Shown here: piece after piece, positions 1-15,797 of the stretch
Layout: each line of letters opens with the position of its first letter
How positions within the stretch are numbered: the stretch's first letter is position 1
Assembly (NCBI RefSeq): GCF_009914755.1
Contig: NC_060925.1
Length of the DNA: 64,000 nucleotides
Strand: one strand, 5' to 3'
Source: the human T2T-CHM13v2.0 reference genome, Homo sapiens
Notes under the pieces: model-generated
Databases searched by the model: none
Told to the model about the DNA's origin: nothing
The model's input: the letters and a program-made list of their open reading frames with translations, nothing else
Made by a program: the position numbers and the translations under genes

Positions 1-1359
1 TATATTCAAAAATGTTAATTTCATCAGTTTTGGTGGGTATTTCTTAATTCACAATTCTCCATCTCCAGGAAATTAGGATGACACTTTCCCTCTCTCTCCT
101 GTTCTGCACTTTATTTGCACTTTGCTTACTTTGTAAATGTCCTTCTCTAGTCCCCTCTTCTATGCTAGTGATTTATTTTCTCTTTTCTCCAATTAACCTC
201 CTGATAAACTGTAAGTGTCTAACAGTTATCTTACAACCACTCCACTTAGCTTGCTGCTATATACTCTGCTTTTTGCCAACAACTAATGGCCTTCACTTCC
301 TCCTATTCTTCCCACGACCCCTCCTTTTTAAAGTAATCTAGGAGACATAAAGTACTTGGTCAGACTTTTAAACCAGGACATCAATTTTTAGGCAGTCAAT
401 AATGAAACAGGCTGACTCTGCATGGAAACCATAAAGAACTTCTCTGCTGACTCTTGCCCAGCTCATCTACATTTGTGAATGACGACACATTTTTTATATC
501 ATTTTCTTGGAGGGGAGCACAGTAACATTGACATTCCACTTTTTATGTGACAGAATTCAGTGTTATATAAGCTATATAATAAGTAGTAATTTTATTATTA
601 CCTTCTGTGACCCTCTCCTTCAACCCTCTCACTCCACAAAAACAAATCATATTTAACCATTAGTGTTCGAATTGCTGCACAAGTTAATTGGAAGTATAAC
701 TTTTCATCAATATAAACATTTCTATTACACTTTACTGTTTCTCAATTTCAGAATACTTGTAAAAAGTATAATTTGCTATTTCAGATGCTAAGAGGGATTT
801 TAAACCTAGACTATAAATATCTATGATAATATGCGTCACTTCTGAAGTTGTAAATATTTTATAAATTACTCCTTAAATAAAATAATTAGAGATAACACAA
901 TGCCCCCAAATAGTCTGTCAGTTATGCCATGGAATTTGTGACAAACACATTGTAGATGTCAATGTTTTGTTAAGATCAGTATTCTTCCTCAAGAATCACA
1001 GGTTCTTTGCATTATCCCTACCAGACCATTAATAATCTGAAGTTTTTATAAATCCTTACAATTTTTATTATATTTTCTTTGCTTAATCATTGTGAATTAA
1101 AATATTAACATTCTTTCCCTCTCAGTTTTCACCAAATGTTGAAGCCCTGGATTCAAGTTTTTAAACCATTAAATTTTCAATCTTTCTGCCTCTTATTAAG
1201 CATGCAGCTTAGTCATTGCTATAGTCATTCGGTACAGGAAAAAAACTGAGCATGTTATAGTTTGGAATATATTGGAACTATCATTCCAGGCTTTTATCAA
1301 GGAGGTTATGTTGAATAACACTCTTCTTTTCTAAAAAAAGAAAAACATTAACTAACAAA

Positions 1360-1818
1360 GAAAGATTGTATACATTTAAGGTGTACAAAATGATGATTTG
1401 GTATACATGTACATTCTGTGGTTATTATCACAATCAAATTAGTAAACACATTCATCACCACCCACGCTGTACATTAGATTCTCAGAACTTGTTGATCTTA
1501 TGACTCAAAGTTTGATCAAAATCTCCCCAATTTTTCCACTTCCCACACCCTGGCAACCGCTGTTCTACTCTCTATTGCTATGAGTTTAACTACTGTGAAT
1601 TCCGTATATAAGTAAGATCATGCAGTATTTGTGTCTCTGTGTCTGGCTTATCTGACATAGCATAACGTTCTCCAGGTTCATCCATGTCTTCACAACTGAC
1701 AAGATTTTCTTCTTTTTTAAGGTAGAATAGTATTCCATTGTGTATATAGATCACATTTATCCACCCATGGAAACTTAGGTTGATTTGTATCTTTGCTATT
1801 GTGAATAATACTGCAATG
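1360..1818 (-). mobile_element. L1 (L1MA-like) 3' end fragment
   Basis: Reverse-strand L1 3'UTR/ORF2-end motifs: tacatttaaggtgtacaaaatgatg, tccaggttcatccatgtc, gaatagtattccattgtgtatata, gctattgtgaataatactgcaatg. Confidence 0.85.
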
Positions 1819-2254
1819 TCATCTTTCTTTGCTTTTCTGGATGCTGTGCTCCTCTTTGGGTGACATTTGAAGTATACTTCTTTGCAGAAGAATAGTACGT
1901 TTTTAGAATTTTTAGAGTGTAAGTCTGATACTCATTTCTATTTATGGTACCTTAATTTGACTTAAAAAATGTGCGTGTGTGTGCATGCATGCACTATAAA
2001 ACTAGAGGTATGTTCAGAACAGAATATTCTACTAAAAAGAAGTATTTGGAATACGCTATCACTCTTAATTTTTAATAAGATGTTTTAAGCTTGTGACAGT
2101 GTAAAAATCAGATTAAACTCATTAATGCCAAGATAATACAAGTAAATTCACATATACAATAATTATTCTGTTCATAGCTATTAAGGACTAGTTGTGAATA
2201 ACCTCATGTTTTCTTTTCACCTTTTCTGACATCATCAAAAACATGAAATACTGA

Positions 2255-3585
2255 GGGATTATTTAACAAAATATATACAAAATCACAAAAAAGCACAATA
2301 AAGACTATAAATTGTTGCTAAGAGAAATTAAAGATGACCTAAATAAATAGAGATATATAGCATGCTTCTAGTTTGGAAAATGTTAGGATATCATTTGTCC
2401 CTCTATTTATGTATGGATTCGATGCAATTCCAATCAAAATACCAGTAGTATTTTTTAAATGATAAATTGGCCTTAAATAATATGTACGGATATAAAGGAC
2501 ATAAAATAGCCAAAACAATTTTGCAACAGTAAAACAAGTTTAGAAACATTAGCCTTATACTACCTTATATCAGAATTTAACAAACTACAGTAATAAAGGC
2601 AGCTAGGTTTCTAATATCAATGGATTAGAATAAATCTAAAATGTGAACCAGACATACATGGATGATTGATTTTTAACAAAGGTGTCATCAGAGTAACTCA
2701 ATGGAGAAACAAAAGCTTTCCCAACAAATTGTGCCAGAACAACTGGATATCATTTGGGAGGAAACAAGTGAAGTACTATTTTTTCCTTCACGTCATACCA
2801 AAAAAAAAAAAACTAAACTAAAAGTAGATCTTAAAACTAAACCTAAAATATATATCAATAAAGCAATTAGATGGAAATATAGGGGATATTTTTAAAATTT
2901 GAGATGGGTAGAGACATCTTAGTTGGACACTAAAAGGAACAGAAATAATAAATTACACTTTATCAATAATAATAACTTTTCAAGAGCAAAATGTAAACAG
3001 GCATGCTACAGAAAGGAGAAGATATTTCAATACGTACATCTGACAAAGGACTGGAATTCAGAATATACAATGTCTACCCCTTAATATAGCAGAAACTCCA
3101 TTTAGAGGGGCAAGAGATATAACCGGGCACCTCCTCGCAAAAGATTTGTGACACGATAATGAGCCACATGGATGAATCTCAAAAATGCTTTGCTGAAGGA
3201 AAGAAGCAAGACAGAAGAATACATACTCTATGATTCCATTAATACGTAATTCTAGAAAAGCAAAGCTGATCTATACTGGCAAAAAGCAGATTAAGTGGTT
3301 GCCTGGGGTCAGGGACCTGGAGGGGCTTTACATAATCAACTTCAAAGGAGTCAAAAAAGCCAGAAGTTATTTAGGGGAATGTTGGAAATATTCTCTATCT
3401 TGATTTTGAGTATGTATGTGGCAAAGGGGGGATATTACATAGTATATATGTTTGTCAAAACGTATTAAAATGTACTCTTAAATTTTTATTTTATGTCATT
3501 ACGCATTAATAAAGTTAATTCTAAAACAAGATGTGCCTATGTTTTATTGTATATAAATAATACCTCAATAAAAATCATGTGGAAA
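2255..3585 (+). mobile_element. Old L1 (L1MC/MD/ME-like) ORF2 3' part and 3'UTR, decayed
   Basis: agagaaattaaagatgacctaaataaat, gcaattccaatcaaaatacc, catctgacaaaggactgg, atggatgaatctcaaaaatgc, gtggttgcctgggg. Confidence 0.8.
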
Positions 3586-4559
3586 CTATAGTAAAATATA
3601 ATTCGTGGCAGGGAGGAAAAGAGAAAAAAAAAATCTCTTTTAAGTAAGGAAGCCCTCCTGCTGTTTCTTTAAGGACTCAGATACTGTTCATATCATAACA
3701 AATGAACAATGAACAAATGAACTTTGACACACAGAACAAGAAGCTTTGTCTTTCAGATTTGTTGGGGTTGAGACACATCTCATTTAAAAGTCACCGTCAG
3801 AGCTGCAATCAAAAAGCTTGTGGTTTGTCATCAGATATATCTTCTATGTTTGTGCCCCTGCTCTAGAGAATGTGTTTTGAGTTTTTGAATTGGAATTCAG
3901 GTTGCCTATGTAACTTGTAAGAATGATAAAGGGAAGGTACAAGTCTAGCAATTCCCTAACTCTCCCTGGTAGCAGTAGACACCAATCCCTGGGCTGAATA
4001 CAATATTTCTTATTTTAAAAAAAATATATTGAACCTCTACTGAGCTCCTGACACAGTTCTTGGCAGGCTGCCATGAGATTAATCTACTATGGTTTCTTGA
4101 AAGTAAATAGATAGGGAACAGAGAGGCATAATCTCTTTTACAACAGGAGACTTTTCCTGATGATTCTCTCGGTCCTTGAATATAATGTAATCTATCTGGA
4201 TTTTGACTGCTTTGTCTAAGGTTTCCTTCTTGTTACATTGTATTTTGTTAAAAAAAACTTTTAAGCAGTTTAACATTTGCATTTGAATAGGAGCTGTCAA
4301 CATTGTAACCTTAAAAAGATACACCGTGTGATAATTTTAAAAATTTTAGAATGGCTGATAATGCACAGATTGGGGGGGGGGGGCGGGAACCTTCACTACA
4401 TGTAGCTTTCTCACAAGACTTCTTATACTTTCAGATTACCAGTTATTACTCAACAGTTAAAACTAAATTCAGTGAAACAATTTGCCTTGAGGACTTTCTG
4501 TGTGTACTAAGAAGTAAGTCATCAACCTGGTGGGTAAGAAATTCATTTTTCAGAAAAAT

Positions 4560-5760
<1,201 letters not shown>

Positions 5761-5849
5761 ATGGTTAAATATAGAGAATGAGAAGGTGGGAATGGGGCTG
5801 AAAGAGGTACTGAAAAACGATGTTTTTCTCTTTTTATTAGCAAATGTGT

Positions 5850-6370
5850 ATGAATGACAGCTGGACATACCTCAATCTAGCATGAAGCACCCAGGACTTC
5901 ACTGCTCCCTTCGGGAGCACCATCTGCTCAGGTGCTTCCCTGTTGACTCCTCATGATGAGAACGTTGCCCCTGGATTCTACTTCAGGACCACATAAGGCA
6001 AATATTTTCTCCCTTCTTGACAGCCAGGGCATGGGATGCTTCATGTAAGATCAGCCAAATCTATACCACACTCTGGTTTTGAAACTTGAGGGAGCAACAC
6101 AAAGTTGCAAGGGCAGATGAGGTATTATTCATGGCAACAGCGATGTACCCATTGAGTATTCAGTACTGAAGAAGCAATTGTCCAGTACTCAATGCCAGCA
6201 GCAGGGTGTGACAACTCCATCCCTAGAACTTACCACCCCTTGGTCCTTTGGATTTTACAAGCTAAAGTCCTCAGGTCTTCCTCCTGGTCTCTATGCTCCC
6301 CAGCGTTCTTCCTACAAAGGCCATTTCTTTTCAACGTAACCTAATTGGTTTCCTTTGCTAGCCGGTTATA
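5850..6370. mobile_element. Old ERVL-type LTR relic (LTR16/LTR33-like)
   Basis: GC-richer block ending in ttcttcctacaaaggccatttcttttc...ttggtttcctttgct, resembling ancient ERVL LTR ends. Confidence 0.4.
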
Positions 6371-7551
6371 GTTGTATTGTTATTATGAATTATTTTTTAA
6401 TCCTTTTGCCATTGAACTACGAATTAGGAAGTGAGTCTTGTTCAACATCCATAGAGTCTAATACTGTGCTTTCAATATGATGATAGGTGATTATTGATGG
6501 AATTGATTAATTCAATGACTTAGAGATTATTAAAAATAATGTTTTATATACTGACAATTAGAAAGCTTCAACATAACAAGGAGCTTCCAAAACTTAAGCT
6601 CTGAGTTTGTGCAGATTTCTTGGTTAAATTGATTTGCTCGTATTCCCAATCCATAATCAAAGAAGAGATTGAATAATTTAACTTTATTAAAGAAGCTAAT
6701 ATTGAGAAGACATTGATTATTTCTTAAAATAAAACAGCAAAAAAACTTCTTCCTGAAAATATACTTGATAATAAAATGAGTGTAAAATCATTCAGAAGTC
6801 ACTTATTCCTTTTAAAATGCTAAATTTTATATTTTAGATGACTCTAGCTTTTAATGACTGCTACTATATACCCTATTTACTTCACTTCTCTTCTACCTTA
6901 GAAGAAAGAAAAGATAATTCGTGTTAGATAATTTTTCACTCAGGTAAACAACAAGAAAAATGTACTCCTAAGGAAGTGTTCTTAAAAACATGATTATTTT
7001 CTGCTTCACACCTGACAACACAATGAAACACCTTACTGACATTTTATCGTCCCAGAAACCATGTTTCACTGTGGTAATTCAAAATCTAGACTGTTGTAGA
7101 AATAGATCAAAAACTTTCCACAAAATTCAATTATTTAAATAATGTATTTTACATAGCCCTAATCATCTTCAACTAGCATACTATTGGGAAATGAAAAGCA
7201 AACATGAAATCTATTTGGTTAATATCTTAGAACATTACAAAATTATATTCTTTCCTCTTGACAAAAATTGTTCCCTCTGTATTTTGCTTTTCCTTGTTTT
7301 ATTAAACACTCTCATGTTGACAATATTGGCTTGACAATTTGAATAACATTCCCTAAGAGCTCTTTAAATATCTACTGTTTCACATATGTTGCCTTTATCC
7401 AGTATCCATAGGATGTTTAAAATACATCATATGCCTCATTAAAAAGTTTTCAAAATCATATATTATATAAATCTAATTCTTAACAATTAAATTTTTGAAT
7501 GTGACATGTTTAAGACAGGAACATGTTGGAGTCATATAGTCACTTCCTTAA

Positions 7552-7935
<384 letters not shown>

Positions 7936-8018
7936 TAAATCCAAAATACTTGTAACCAATGTTTTAGGACAGATGGGAAGGGAGGTGAGCAGGCCTTCAT
8001 CAACATTGAAAATCTTTT

Positions 8019-8112
8019 TTTTTTAATTTGATTTTTTTTTTTTACTTTAAGTTTTAGGGTGCATGTGCACAACATGCAGGTTTGTTACGTATGTATACGT
8101 GTGCCATGTTGG
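8019..8112 (-). mobile_element. Very short 5'-truncated primate L1PA insertion
   Basis: polyT then tactttaagttttagggtgcatgtgcacaacatgcaggtttgttac; TSD tgaaaatctttt at 8007-8018 and 8113-8124. Confidence 0.95.
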
Positions 8113-8844
8113 TGAAAATCTTTTAAGCAATATAAGAGACAAAATCCAAAAGCCAAAAGGCAAGACTACAAAATTTACTTATCTATACATTTTATGTGTT
8201 GAGCTGCCATAGTCTTGTTTTTAATTACAGACTTGTAGCAATTAGCTATACAAAATATAATCATTTTGTTAAAATCATTTAAGCTAAGGAATTTAGAGGA
8301 AATTGTTGTACCACAATGGTTTTGTGCAGTCTTCTTAGAAATTTGTTTTAAGGTGGCTTATAAATATATGTATTCATATCCATATCTATATCTATATATA
8401 GATCTTGTGACTGGGAGCACTCTGCCCAGGAAGCTTTGTCACCAGATATCTTAATATCCTCTTGGTAATTTTCTTTTAACCGTCATGGGAAGCAGGACAT
8501 GTTTTATGGTTGAGATGAAAATGGCCCAGGAAGCAAAGTCCCTCATTTTCCAGCTGTTTAAGCATGTGCGTGCCTGTCCTTGATTTGAAGAGTATGAACT
8601 AATTCTATCCCTCGAAATTGGCCCTTACAATATCACATGGCCACCTCTTCTGGGATAGTCCCTGAGACTAGAGGGGAGCTGCTTACATAGCTTTAGCATT
8701 AAGGCATTAGCAACAAAAGCAGATAAAGTCTAGTGGCATTCTGAATAGTTTTTAAACTTTGCAGATATCAGGTAGCAGGGAAAGGTAATCTTTGTTGATT
8801 TACCTACTCTTGTAAGCTACAAGTAGCTCAAACAAGAAACAAAT

Positions 8845-8996
8845 ACATATAACACACACACACACACACACACACATACATATACACACACATATACACA
8901 CATATATATACACACATATATATACACACATACATATACATATATACACATATATACATATATATACACACATATATACACACACATATATATATT
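8845..8996. repeat. Compound (CA)n/(TA)n microsatellite
   Basis: Directly visible. Confidence 0.97.
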
Positions 8997-9321
8997 TACA
9001 CTGGTAAACAAAGCATAAAGAATCAGCAATGTTTTGAATAAGAGGACGTAAGCCTTGTGTAGCTCTGACAATGACAAGAAAAGGAAACTCACAGGTAGCT
9101 AAATATTCAAGTTATTCAGTATTAAGACATAGAACAAATTAGATAGAAGTCAAATTATTAAATAAGTATTTATGCCTTTGTATACAGGCCTGGTCTAGTG
9201 TCATGCGAAAGCACTTTTTTTAATTGTCTTCTTGTCCTAGATCTGAAGATGAGGTTTCGGTTAACTTGAGCTTGGTGCCAGATCCCAGCATTAACGTTTG
9301 AGATTCTGTAGGAGCTGATGC

Positions 9322-9438
9322 TCCTTTTGAGATGAGATAGGGGTATCCAGCAGTCAAAGCCCTGCAACTCAACAGCACAAGGATTAGTTAACAAAATTTG
9401 ATTAAAAACTCTTTTTAATGGGGCTGGAGGGAGTCTCT
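9322..9438 (-). pseudogene. pol: Retroviral integrase C-terminal (GPY/F-module) remnant
   Basis: Minus-strand translation RDSLQPH...QILLTNPCAVELQGFDCWIPLSHLKR matches the gamma-like IN pattern L.P.WKGPY.VLLT.P.A.K..G...WIH.SH.K; contains a stop and a frameshift. Confidence 0.8.
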
Positions 9439-9727
9439 TAACTAATGTCCAATCAACCGACTGGAAGTGGTAATACTGGAGTTTATGACTGAATTGAAAG
9501 CTGTAAAAAGATTCTACAATCTTACAGTGATTAATTTTTATAGTTTTGATAAGCCCCCAGCAGTAAGTCTAAGCCAGATTCCATTTAGTGTTTGACTTTG
9601 AGGATGTTTGTCAAAGAATGTTAAAAGGCTGAAAACATTTGATTAAAACAGAATCTCAGGTCATTATAAAATAATAGTTATTCATTTAACCAGAGTGATT
9701 ATCAAAAGACTTAAAAAGCAATATACA

Positions 9728-10330
<603 letters not shown>

Positions 10331-10672
10331 AAAACCTTAAGGTTCTTAACATTTAAATTTCCTAAGTGATAAAAAAAAAAAACAAAAAAAACCTTATACA
10401 AAAAGCACAGGAATTATCTTAAAATCTTTGAATCTTTGTTTCTTGGGCTAGTTATCAAGCCTTCTGTAGTGTGACTGCTTTTCTTATGGGAAGCCCATTT
10501 GAATTATCTGGAATTCAAACCTAATGAAAAAAGAACCTGAAATAATCAGACGCAGAAATGGCGTGTCCAGAGTCATGAATGAGTGTTACATTTTAGTGGT
10601 CTTGAGCAGGGGAATACGTGTCTCTTGGCAACATTATGAGAAGTTGACTGGTTATATTGAACACATTAGACA

Positions 10673-11715
10673 TATTTTGGGGCTCAGAAAACAATACCCC
10701 AAAATAAAAGCCTCAGAAGCAGCCTCAGAAATAAAAGTTTTTATTTGGCCTTCTCTTGTCCTCCTCTCAGTCTCATTTTCCCTCAAGGCTGGCCACAGAA
10801 ACTAGAATCTCCCTTCCCCAGCGCAAGTCCCAGAAACCAGAATTCCTTTCTTCAAAGCCAGCCATAAAGCCTAAAAATATTACACTAACGTTTCCTCCAC
10901 CTGTCTGTGTAAGAATTTGTCACACAGAAATGATCTGACCTTCCTCGCTGGATTGTAGGTTATAAAAGCCCCATGCCCAGAAGGAAGGAAATGCATGCTC
11001 AGGGAGATTAAGAAGGATCTAGACAGATGGGCCTTTCTGGATATCCCCACACAGTCTGCTAGCACTAAGTTTTCTGTACTAGGCCATTTTTGTGTGACGT
11101 TAAAGATATCCCTAAGGTCTGGGTCATCTGTAATGAAAAGACGTGTAATTGGTTCATGGTTCTGCAGGTTGTACAAGCATGGCACCAACATCTGCTTGGC
11201 TTCTGGTGATGCCTCAGGAAGCTTGCAATCAAGGTGGAAAGCAAAGCAGAAGTAGGCACAACACAGGGTGAGAGTAGGAACAAGAGAGCAAGGTGGAAGG
11301 TCCCATGCACTTTTAAACAACCAGATCTCATGTGAACTAACTAAGCAAGAAATTACTTATCACTAAGCTGGTGGGGATAAACCATTCACAAGGGGTCCAC
11401 TCCCATGATCCAATTACCTTCTACCAGGATCCACCTCTGACATAAGGAATCACACACATTTCAACATGAGTTTTGGAAGAGACAAGCATCCAAACGATAT
11501 CAAAACCCTTTTGTTAAATCATTTTTTTACATGGGTGTGCGTACTTTGTTGAACCTAAGTATTAAAATGAGCAATTTCCCCTGTATCTTGGTTCTTTATT
11601 TTGAACACTCTCATGTATACACACCAAACAAATCTGCATGCCTTCTCTTCAACCAATCTGTCTTTTGTGAGTTGATTTTTCAGGGAACCCTCAGAGGGCC
11701 CCTGACCCCTAAACA
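10673..11715 (+). mobile_element. ERV1 solo LTR (MER39-like), split by an MST LTR
   Basis: Starts ggggctcagaaaacaataccccaaaat...gcctcagaagcagcctcagaa; resumes after 11502 and ends tgagttgatttttcagggaaccctcagagggc. Confidence 0.75.
11075..11502 (-). mobile_element. MaLR LTR, MSTA-like
   Basis: catggttctgcaggttgtacaagcatggcaccaacatctgcttggcttctgg ... catccaaacgatatca. Confidence 0.9.
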
Positions 11716-11947
11716 TATTAACAAAATCCACAAGTACAGAATTAAGTTATGTTGGAGGAAAACATCACCTTCTTAAAACCTTCAAGATGAAACATTTCAG
11801 TAATAGGCTGTAAGAACAGATTTAGAACTGGAAAAAAGTTACAGGAGCCAACAAAAGTTGAAGGACAGAGTTACTATCCCAAGTCTCTTCAAAGGGAGAA
11901 AAAGCTGAAAACAGAAGGGCACAGGAGAAGTTAAACTTCTGAGATAT

Positions 11948-12310
11948 TGTAATAGTCCATTTTCACACTGCTGATACAGAAATACCAGAGACTGGGTAAT
12001 TTATAAAGAAAACAAGGATTAATGGACTCACAGCTCCATGTGGCTTAAGGGGAGTTCACAATCATCGTGGAAGGTGAAAGCCTGTCTCTCACACGGTGGC
12101 AGGCAAAAAGAGATTGATAACCAAGCAAAAGGGAAACACCTTATGAAACAATCAGATCTCATGCGACTTATTCACTACCATGAGAATAGTATGGGGGAAA
12201 CTGCTCCTATGATTCAATTATCTCCCACCGGGTCCCTCCCACAACACATGGGAATTATGGGAGCACAATTCAAGATAAGATTTGGGTGGGGACACAGCCA
12301 AACCATATCA
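11948..12310 (-). mobile_element. THE1 solo LTR
   Basis: tgtaatagtccattttcacactgctgata ... gggtggggacacagccaaaccatatca; 5-bp TSD gatat. Confidence 0.95.
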
Positions 12311-12955
12311 GATATCAATCTGAAAATTTTCAAAACAGAAGCAGATTATAGAATTGAAAATTAAAAACGCAATTTCATTAACAGCAAATCAATATTTTAA
12401 GAAAAACTTGTTGTTTTAACCAAGTCTTTAGTTTTGCATTACTGTATTTTAATATCAAAGTTCTATCTCTAGAAGGCTATTATAAATAATTTCTTTTAAT
12501 TAGAGCCAAAGGAATTACATACAGAATTTCCTTCATAAATTCTCTTTTTATAAGACTTATTCCAACTTACACAGACCATTTACGGCACACTTGCACTTTG
12601 TGTTTTTTCTTAAATTTCCCTTTCTTAAATAACCCATAATTTTTTTTTAGGACAAAAATGTATCACACAAGATTCTTTCTCATACAAAAGTATTGTCCTT
12701 TTAACCTTCCTTACTAAAAATATCTCTTCATATCTGTAACTTTCTTCACATCTCTCTCATTTACTGGTTCCTTTTTACCATGTTTCATAAAACATCTTTA
12801 AATAACCTTTGAAATAGATGAAAATAATTTTCCTTTTAATCAGAACACCTTTTTATGTCTTTCTTATTTTTTATTTTTTCATCATAACACATCTTACTTT
12901 AGCACACTTCATATAAGAATTATATATTAACTAGAATTTTTATTCTTAGTAACCT

Positions 12956-13495
12956 TGTAACCAGGGCAGCCCTGATAAAATAATTGGGAAAGTTTCCTTT
13001 CTTACTGTTTTCCTTTAGTCTCTGTATTTATAAGCACAGCTGCTTACAAGAGCCAGGCTACCCAGGCTGGCACCGAGTTTCTTGACCCCTCACCGGATAC
13101 CAGAGGGAGATAAGACCCTGCAAACTGGCACAAAGTGGAACAGAGGACCCCTGGTTACCTTCAGTCATTAACATATTATAATACTAAAATATCCTCTCCT
13201 AAAGGAAAATCTCTGCCATTTTTTGGACTTGGTTCTTGAAGTTGTATGTTTATGAATTGAGCCTGAGTGTCTGGAATACCACTCTGCACATGCTAACAGC
13301 ATTCCTTTCCTGCCCTGTATCCGGGCCCTAAAATCCCTATGTTTTCTATTGTTCAGGGATAAGAGGCATTTGGAGTGAGAGCCTTTCCTTCTCCATTTCT
13401 TGCCAGTGAATAATACCTGTTTGCTCTTTTTCAATGGAATGTTCTTACTTTGAGAACAATATAAAGTGGTGAAAGAACTCAGTTTACCAATGACA
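12956..13495 (+). mobile_element. ERV1-type solo LTR, family not resolved
   Basis: 540-bp GC-richer block with TGT...ACA ends and 4-bp TSD acct (12952-12955, 13496-13499). Confidence 0.75.
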
Positions 13496-13829
13496 ACCTT
13501 AAATTTATGCAAAAACCTAGGAAGAAAGAACTCTTGAGTTGTCTGTCAAATCAGTAATTTATAGATGAGAACCACTTTATAATTTTTTTGAAAAATGTTT
13601 TCTATGTTTTTTAAATTAGAAATGATCGAGACATGTAATGAACATGTTATTTAATTTAAAAATACATAAGATTTAAAATTACATGACAAGTTCATTTATA
13701 AATATTTATCCCATTACATTTACCTAATTTATTTTTTAAAATAGCTTACCTAGATTACTTATGAATACAGAGATATTAGACAAAACTAGTCATTACTGGA
13801 ACTTTGGGGGGTCCTGAGTCTTCTTTGAG

Positions 13830-13847
13830 GCCCCATGCTGGGTGCCA
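13830..13847 (-). other. Retroviral primer-binding site, tRNA-Lys-like
   Basis: Minus strand TGGCACCCAGCATGGGGC vs Lys1,2 PBS TGGCGCCCAACGTGGGGC: 3 mismatches, 2 at CpG; 5 nt from the LTR terminal CA. Confidence 0.8.
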
Positions 13848-13852
13848 ATTAA

Positions 13853-13960
13853 TGTTGATAAAAAACACTAAACTCTTTAAAATATTTTCAGAGGTTTATT
13901 ATGAGCCAGTATGAGTAACCGTGGCCCAGGGCATAGTCCTGAGAGGTCTTGAGAACAACC
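13853..13960 (-). mobile_element. U5 end of a MER4-like 5' LTR, truncated
   Basis: aaactctttaaaatattttcagaggtttattatgagccagtatgagtaaccgtggccc...gagaggtcttgagaac resembles the MER4-family LTR terminus. Confidence 0.8.
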
Positions 13961-15746
13961 CCCACCTTGTGCAAGTTATTTTTTCCTCGCACTTTCAAAC
14001 TTATCACTAAACTTTAGAATACAGTATGCATGTGTAAGATTTGTTTATTGCCTTTCCTATTTCTTCTCACATTGATGCAACATTTTCTCTTAACTCTCAG
14101 TTTTGTAGTTTTTTCTGTGTCAGACATAATTTCTATCTTCTATTAGTTCTTTCTCCTCTTTGTTTTTCTGGACTTTCTTTTTCATGCTAGAGATTTTCCT
14201 TCATTCTGTGGTGATAACTCACATTTATCTAAGGCATATTTTATAAAATCTAAGGTTGCATAGATTAAATGACATACCATTATTTATAGACCTGTAAGAA
14301 GAAAATTCATTGTCAGATTATAATAAATATGTAAACCAATAACTAAGAGTGAGATATTAAAAATGTGGTTGCAAGTTATATGTCAATCGAATACGTGGTT
14401 ATGAGCGCGTTTTTCAAATCTTGGGCTTCTCTGTAGAGTCATAGTCACATTACGTAAGCAAAGTTTATGTTTGAAAAAGCCAAAGGACCACTTATTTAAC
14501 AATGTTTTTAGTAAAACAAAAATATTGATTTACTCTTCCACTTCTATTTTTTGGGAACATATCTATGGAATTAATACTTGTATTTAAAAGTGAAGCTGAA
14601 ATAGATTTGGAAAAGAAGACATGAAAGTGATACCCAAAATGTGGAAACAATTAATTTACTTGATATCATTCATGGGCAATTAATTTATATATGTGTATTT
14701 TTGAGGCAACCTCAGCAAATTTATTCGATGATTTAACTTATTTTAACTTATTTGGCAAAAAAAAAAAAACCCCTAACATGTATTTTCTCATTCTTCCTAG
14801 AGAATACTGAATATAATTCAACTTTTCTTGGTCATTATGAAGAACATTAGTTTTTATCATAGTTCAATAAAACAGAAGCTTCTCAGGGGCTGTGGCATAT
14901 GTAATCTTATATGGTTCTTTCCCACGTGGTCCAAAATTTCTACACTTTTTGAGTTATGCCAATTTATATTAATTTCTCTATCTTCCCTTAAACCACCTGT
15001 CACTCGATGCTGTTGCCTATGCACATGCTTCCAGAAAGGGCCTTCTGATTTGTTTCCTAATCCATTGCACACTGAGAAGCCATATTGCCTCCCTCCCTAT
15101 GACTATGTCTACAATAAAAGTACTTAGACATGGAAAGGACTCTGTATCAGTAACCTGCATGGACTTTATGGTACAAGTCGAGTGCTTGGCATACTTAGAC
15201 AGCCTCTAAGAGTGTGCCTAAATGCTGAATTGAATATGTGATCACCATACACTTTAAGTGTATTTCAGTTTCATATATCCATGTTTCCGTAGTTCTACAA
15301 CTCTGTTAATGGATTTGGCTTTTTGAAAGAGAAAGGGACTTTAATAATTTCCATATGTTTTATAGTAATTGTTTTGTTTCTGGAAACTGCTAAATATTCC
15401 ATTCTATTTAATTGTTCTAAATGAGACACACAAACAAAATTTCCAGAACTGTATATGTGGCTTCAATCTATTTCCCAATATATCCATTTTAGAGCTACTG
15501 GGTGGGCAGAAAAAAATGTAAAAATAATTTATTAAGTTCTAGCTTACTGGAATATTTGAGGAATATGTTGCTCTAGATATTCCAATTTTCTGCAGAGCTG
15601 AAATGTAATCTCTATAAAGCATCAGAATTTTTTAGTTGATTTTGCACAGTCTCTGAAAAGTATATCATATATATATATAAAATTGTCTTGTAAAGAAATA
15701 CATGAATTATATTTTAATCACTTTTATATCAAGACAGTCATTATTA

Positions 15747-15797
15747 TTAGGCTGGTGCAAAGTAATTGCGGTTATTGCCATTGAAAGTAATGGCAAA
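15747..15797. mobile_element. MADE1 (Hsmar1-derived MITE), partial
   Basis: ttaggctggtgcaaagtaattgcggttattgccattgaaagtaatggcaaa. Confidence 0.9.

Noticed and set aside
8715-8745. Minus-strand RMPLDFI resembling the env immunosuppressive motif (LQNRxxLDxL)
   Set aside because: The position fits the provirus order, but the match is too short and lacks the downstream CX6CC.
8800-9092. Cys/Val/Tyr-rich ORFs
   Set aside because: Translation of the (CA)/(TA) microsatellite.
10880-12364. 146-aa and 108-aa ORFs
   Set aside because: They lie within MSTA, MER39-like and THE1 LTRs; non-coding LTR read-through.
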